In this document: positions 1-64,000 of the stretch, piece after piece | How positions within the stretch are numbered: position 1 is the first letter of the stretch | Layout: each line of letters starts with the position of its first letter | Assembly (NCBI RefSeq): GCF_009914755.1 | Contig: NC_060927.1 | Direction: 5' to 3' (one strand) | Length of the DNA: 64,000 nucleotides | DNA from: the human T2T-CHM13v2.0 reference genome, Homo sapiens | Notes under the pieces: generated by a model | Seen by the model: the letters and a program-made list of their open reading frames with translations, nothing else | Told to the model about the DNA's origin: nothing | The model's database searches: none | Made by a program: the position numbers and the translations under genes

Positions 1-2610
1 GCTCCTTCTCATTGTTTTTACACACAATTAAAACTCTCTGAATAAACCAAAAACCAGCTCTACTCAATCCTATATCCTTCTTTAGCTATCTCTTACTGGT
101 GATTTTCATCAGAAAAAAAATTTGTTACACAGGTATACAGAAATTTATTAGGTACATCATATGTGCTTAGAGGGTTTCTCAAAATAAAACTACATGATTT
201 GGTACTTATGGAAATATTTCATGTATATGTTTATAGGAAAAGAATATACTCAACTTAGTAGAACATATCTTAGTTAAGATACATGGAGATATGAGATAAG
301 TAATAGGTTCTACATTCTTCCTGCAAAAGTCATAGAGCTAAGAATGCTCTGCATAAGGATAACTCCTATTGTTAGAGCCATGGAATCCTCACCTCATGCT
401 ACTAACATTCTAATGTGCAAAAATCACAAATAAGTAAACCCTCAGGGGCAGAGCAACAGTAATCTTGTGAATTTCACCTTGGAAGACAGAAGAGCTAGGG
501 AGGCATGAAAGGAAGGGACAAAAAGTGAGATGGTATCAGGGGGGAATATGGTAGCAAAGAAAAGCAGTCTAAGAAAATGGTGACCAGAATAAAATAAACC
601 TAAGTGCTCATGAATCCACATAGCCTTGTCTACCCAACTTGGTCGACAAGGTTAAACAGGACAGCCTGAATTGGCAGGCACTAGAAACTATTCTCGAGTG
701 AACGAGTATACATTGTTATCATCTCCAGCAGTCTTCTGCATTGACGACTCTCTCTGTCCTTTGCTGCCCTCATAGAAGTTCAAGCTCATTCAGAAGGGGA
801 ACAACAGATAAGAGGTCAAGATCTCTTGGTCTCTCTCTCACAGCTGAACTTTTTGAACAAGTTGTCAATTTCTACTGTGTCTCCACTTCTGCAACTCTCA
901 ATCATTCCTTTACCCACTCTAGTTTGGCTTTCAGCTCCATGGCTCAATCAATACAGCTCTTGCTAAATCTCTTCAAAATATACGGTGTGGTTTATTACCT
1001 TGTTCTTGAAATAATCTTTTCCTTTGGTTTACATGATATAACCCTCTTCTAGCTGTCCTCCTACTTCTGAGGTTGCCACTTTCTTTTTTCTTTGTTGCCA
1101 AATCTTCCTCAATACACACTGCTTTTCCTCCTGCCACAGGGCTTTTCATGTAAGTCTTCCCTCATCATGAAACACTTCCTTTTCATTCCTTGCCTAACTC
1201 CCAGTCAGCATTCAGATATCGATTTAATCAATACTTCCTTGGGAAACTGTCCCTGACTATGACAAATTCCTCCCTAGCTAAGTCAAATGGTCTCAGAGCA
1301 CTACTCCTTCAAGTGCAATTACCATAGTTGTCTCCCATCCAGCAGCTGTAAATATCATAAGTGTAGGAACTGTGTGTTTTTACTCATTATTATTCATTAC
1401 GTGTTTTTATTCATTACAATGCATACTACTGTATCTATTATGGCAGGTATCAATACATTGATATTCACATATCAATGTTACATATATAAACAAATGACTA
1501 AACACTTTACCCGAAGTACTTTGAATGATTTTTTTTTCCAATTAAAGGAGTCTTGACTAAAATATTATCTATTCATTCAAACAATAACTCAGTAACTGAG
1601 TGCCTAGGCACTAACCAATAAATTGGAATAAAGAAGTAACAAAAACAGATATGCTCTCTACTCTTATGGTGCATACTATCTAAAGAAAGAGTTATTAAAT
1701 TAATCATACAAGTAAGTTTATTATGGTTTTATTTATATGCTACAAAAGACAACTTAGAATGATATAAACTATGATGGGGTATCTAATTTACACTGTTGGG
1801 AGGCAAAAATATGCTCTACCTCTCGAGAGCTATGTTTATCTCCTTTGGTGTTGGATGGTTTTTCATGGTCTTTGAACGTTTTCCCGGTTTATTCATCTTT
1901 GAATAAGGATATTGTGGCCTGGTATTAGCCCCAAAATTAGAAGGAGTATCCCTGAATTCTCCGAAAGCTTATCCATGGATAGGAAGGCTGATGGTATACA
2001 TTTAAAACATTTCATGTGCCAATGCCAGCCTCTCGTATTCTGCTTTTGTTTTGGGAATTCTTGTGTTTGGATGGCAAAGGAGAGGTGCTGCTGGGGTGGG
2101 ATCATGGGACACAAAACACTCTGGTGATCCTGAAAACCAACATTCCCAGGTGGGTTAGCATTTCAGTTTGGCTGCATTCTAAGCCCTGGGGAATATGGCT
2201 TGGGTGGAAGAGAGTAAAGGGAATGGGGAACGGGAGAAGATGAGGAACAAAACAGGATTTTTCTTCCAATTTTCATGACTTACATGTGGCCAAAAAATTC
2301 AATGGCCTTATACAGTTAGTGAAAATAGCTCTCAAAATCAGTCAATGTATTAAGTGTTATTCCTAGTATTACATTAATTTGTCATTTTTTTTCTATACTT
2401 CATTAGGTATTTTAGTGACAAACTGGGCAAGGCTGTAACTACTGCTAATCAGGTATCATTTTAAACTAGAACTCATTACTTTCTAAAACAGGATGAAGGT
2501 GTAATTAGTATTCAGAGTAACTACTATGTTAAATGGAAAATAAGTTAGAGAATGAGTACATTAAAACGGATTTTAGTTCCATGATATTAAATACTTTTAA
2601 CGATACTCAC

Positions 2611-53228
<50,618 letters not shown>

Positions 53229-54534
53229 TTCGATCGTCAACACTAATCCCAGTCAGGGCCAAACCGAAACCAAACGCCCCGCCGGGGCTCCGCCGCAGCC
53301 TCCGGTCGTCGCTCCGCGGATGACAACACACCGCCCGGCCGACCATAGAGAGCGCCCGGCGGGCCTAGAGCGGCAGGATCCGAGGCCGTCCGAGGGGCGG
53401 GGCTTAGCCCTCCGGGCCTCGCGCGGCCGGGGCCGCGGTACTGTCCAGTGGCGGTCAGGGAATCTGCGGAGGTTTGCTGGTGTGTTGCAACTTAGGGGCG
53501 AAAATGCCCCATGATAGAGTTGTGCTTTCTAAGTGGATTTGGAAGTGGCATGAAAACCGTACGAAGGTGTGGGAAGGGTATCGAACACTGATTTTTGTTC
53601 CGCTTGTCTCCTAGGGTTGCTAATCTCAGTATTTTTCATTCAGATTTCGAAAGATCTGGTGATTTACTTGGCTTAGTTTGTTGTTTTGTCAATAATTTTT
53701 TTTCTCTGAGGAATTTAAACTTACGTTTCTTAATACATACGTTTAAAAACGTTCTTTTCCAAATTGTTCAAAAAAATTTCCCATGTACCCGCCCCCCGCA
53801 ACTGTTAACATAAGACCTTGGATACGAAATCATTTAATGTTTAGTTTTGACATTCTTGCATCCGGGTTTATCATATTTTTCCCCATCACACTTTCAACCG
53901 CACAGCAAAGGAGAGTTCTATCAACTTAAGTGAAATTATCAGTTTTAAATGTAAGAGTTTTCCACTTATTTGAATGTATTAACCCGTTACTTTGTATTTA
54001 AGTCTTCTGGATGAAAACTTACAGAAAAACCTTAAACATTTAATACTTTTTGGATTTTAAGATCTCAGGAAATGTTAAGTATCGCTGTCTTTCATGACCA
54101 CTGGATTCTGCATTCTGGGACTGCAGTATGGCAGCATCACACAAATTACAGAATGTTTATTTCGTTTTCACATTCACGCTTCTTGGCTTATATTTTTTCC
54201 CTATCACACTTTAAAACAAAGTTTTATTAAGTGAACTTAATGATATGCTATTTATATTTATATATCTCTCTTACTAGACTGTCACTTCCTGGAGGGCAGG
54301 AGAGGGTAGCTCTATGCACAAGTCTGGCACAACGCCTTGCCCACAGTATTTATTCCATATAATTTTGTTCTTCAAGTGAATCCTTACAATAGCTAGGACT
54401 TTTAAAAGGAAATCAATAGAAGTTGTAAAATGAAATTAGACTTGCTTGTTTCTTGCAAATATAGTTTTTGACCATAAGAACACATGATATTCTATTTCTC
54501 CAATTATAATGCACAGTATGTATTAAGAAAGCAG

Positions 54535-54540
54535 TTTATT
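54535..54540 (-). terminator. ATR polyadenylation signal AATAAA
   Basis: tttatt on the + strand, about 170 nt past the ATR stop codon. Confidence 0.75.
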
Positions 54541-54712
54541 TCTTAATAACTGAATGTATATTATTTTACATATAATTAATGATCAGAGAGAAATAACAGT
54601 TGCTGAGAACGTAAATTTATGTTGTACTTTAGAATTGAACAGATACAACCACAGATTCATACCAAATGCATTACTTTTAGATTATTAACATATTCTTTTA
54701 CATAATTTCATT

Positions 54713-63039
<8,327 letters not shown>

Positions 63040-64000
63040 CTTAGAAACAATACATTTTATTACAAACTAACAATGTTAGAATTTAAAAATCTTTACTCAA
63101 AGAACTTCATGTCCAGATTCTTTTAGCAAAAAGCAAAAATACCCTCAAAATATTTATGTTGTAATTACTTTAGAAGTTTGTAACATGAAGGAGCCATGTA
63201 GCTCTGCCTTTGCTTTTACAGAACTGAAACCATACTTGATCTTGGATAAGATCTAGGAGATAAGTGGACTTACCTTTCACTGAGTTTAGTACAGTGAATA
63301 AGCAGTATTACAGAGAAATTTTATGCATTCAATATTTAGTCTCATATTAACTTCTTTAATGTCTTTCTTGAATAATATGAAATACAAATATTCTCATATA
63401 TTTCTACTTTTCTTTAACACTTTCATCTTAAAACAACAGAAGCAGCCAAGGGTCAGATGCTCACATCCCCTCATAAAGGAAATAAAACATGTCATATAAT
63501 GAAGTCCAGTTGTTCATTTTCTGCTGTCCTCTAATCTGCCTTTTCTAGGGACCTTTCATCCCTTGTCCAATCAGTTACCCTAAATTCCTCTCTTGTATGG
63601 TTTAACCCATGCCAGTATTTTATCTCTGATTTGTTCTCAGTTGGATCTATGATCTTTCTTGGTTTCTTGTGACAGCACAAGGCAACCTGTAGATGATGGA
63701 GGTGAAGAAAATAGTGCGCTAACCTACCAGTCTGCCCTGCAGGATTATAATATTGGAAAATTGTAGGGGGCCTTAAAGATGGGTCCAATTGCCTCAATTT
63801 ATTCCCAGGTCCCACTCTGGACCTACAGAATCTGAATCTCCTGGGTATCTATAAATTTTTTTTTAATTCTTGGATAATTCTGATATGTTGCTAGAATTGG
63901 AAACTATCGTATTAAACTACTCTGTCTCTCTAAAACTGAGTCTCAGTAAAATGAACTGATCTGCCCTTATTCACATAACTAATAACTAATTGAGTCAGAA

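Overview
Primate (human-like) genomic DNA. The minus strand carries the last three coding exons and 3' end of ATR (45-47 by the usual numbering), followed about 1.2 kb downstream by the CpG-island promoter and coding exons 1-20 of XRN1. I traced all exons with GT-AG boundaries, and the XRN1 exons join into one 2339-nt open frame. The introns are rich in repeats: about 30 Alus, L1/L2/MIR fragments, a Tigger4 transposon, and U6 and U1 snRNA pseudogenes. XRN1 intron 1 holds a 5.5-kb HERV-W processed pseudogene nested in an old L1, and the last ATR intron holds an antisense EIF2AK1 (HRI) processed pseudogene. I found no new multi-gene system. The most interesting signals are: an apparently spliced Alu cassette exon preserved in the EIF2AK1 retrocopy; an upstream ORF overlapping the XRN1 start that stops in exon 2; templated-insertion scars in the HERV-W copy; an Alu-derived AT-rich palindrome; and intronic read-through/poly(A) options that would truncate ATR or XRN1. 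Gene and family names come from recognition of the sequence, not from database searches.
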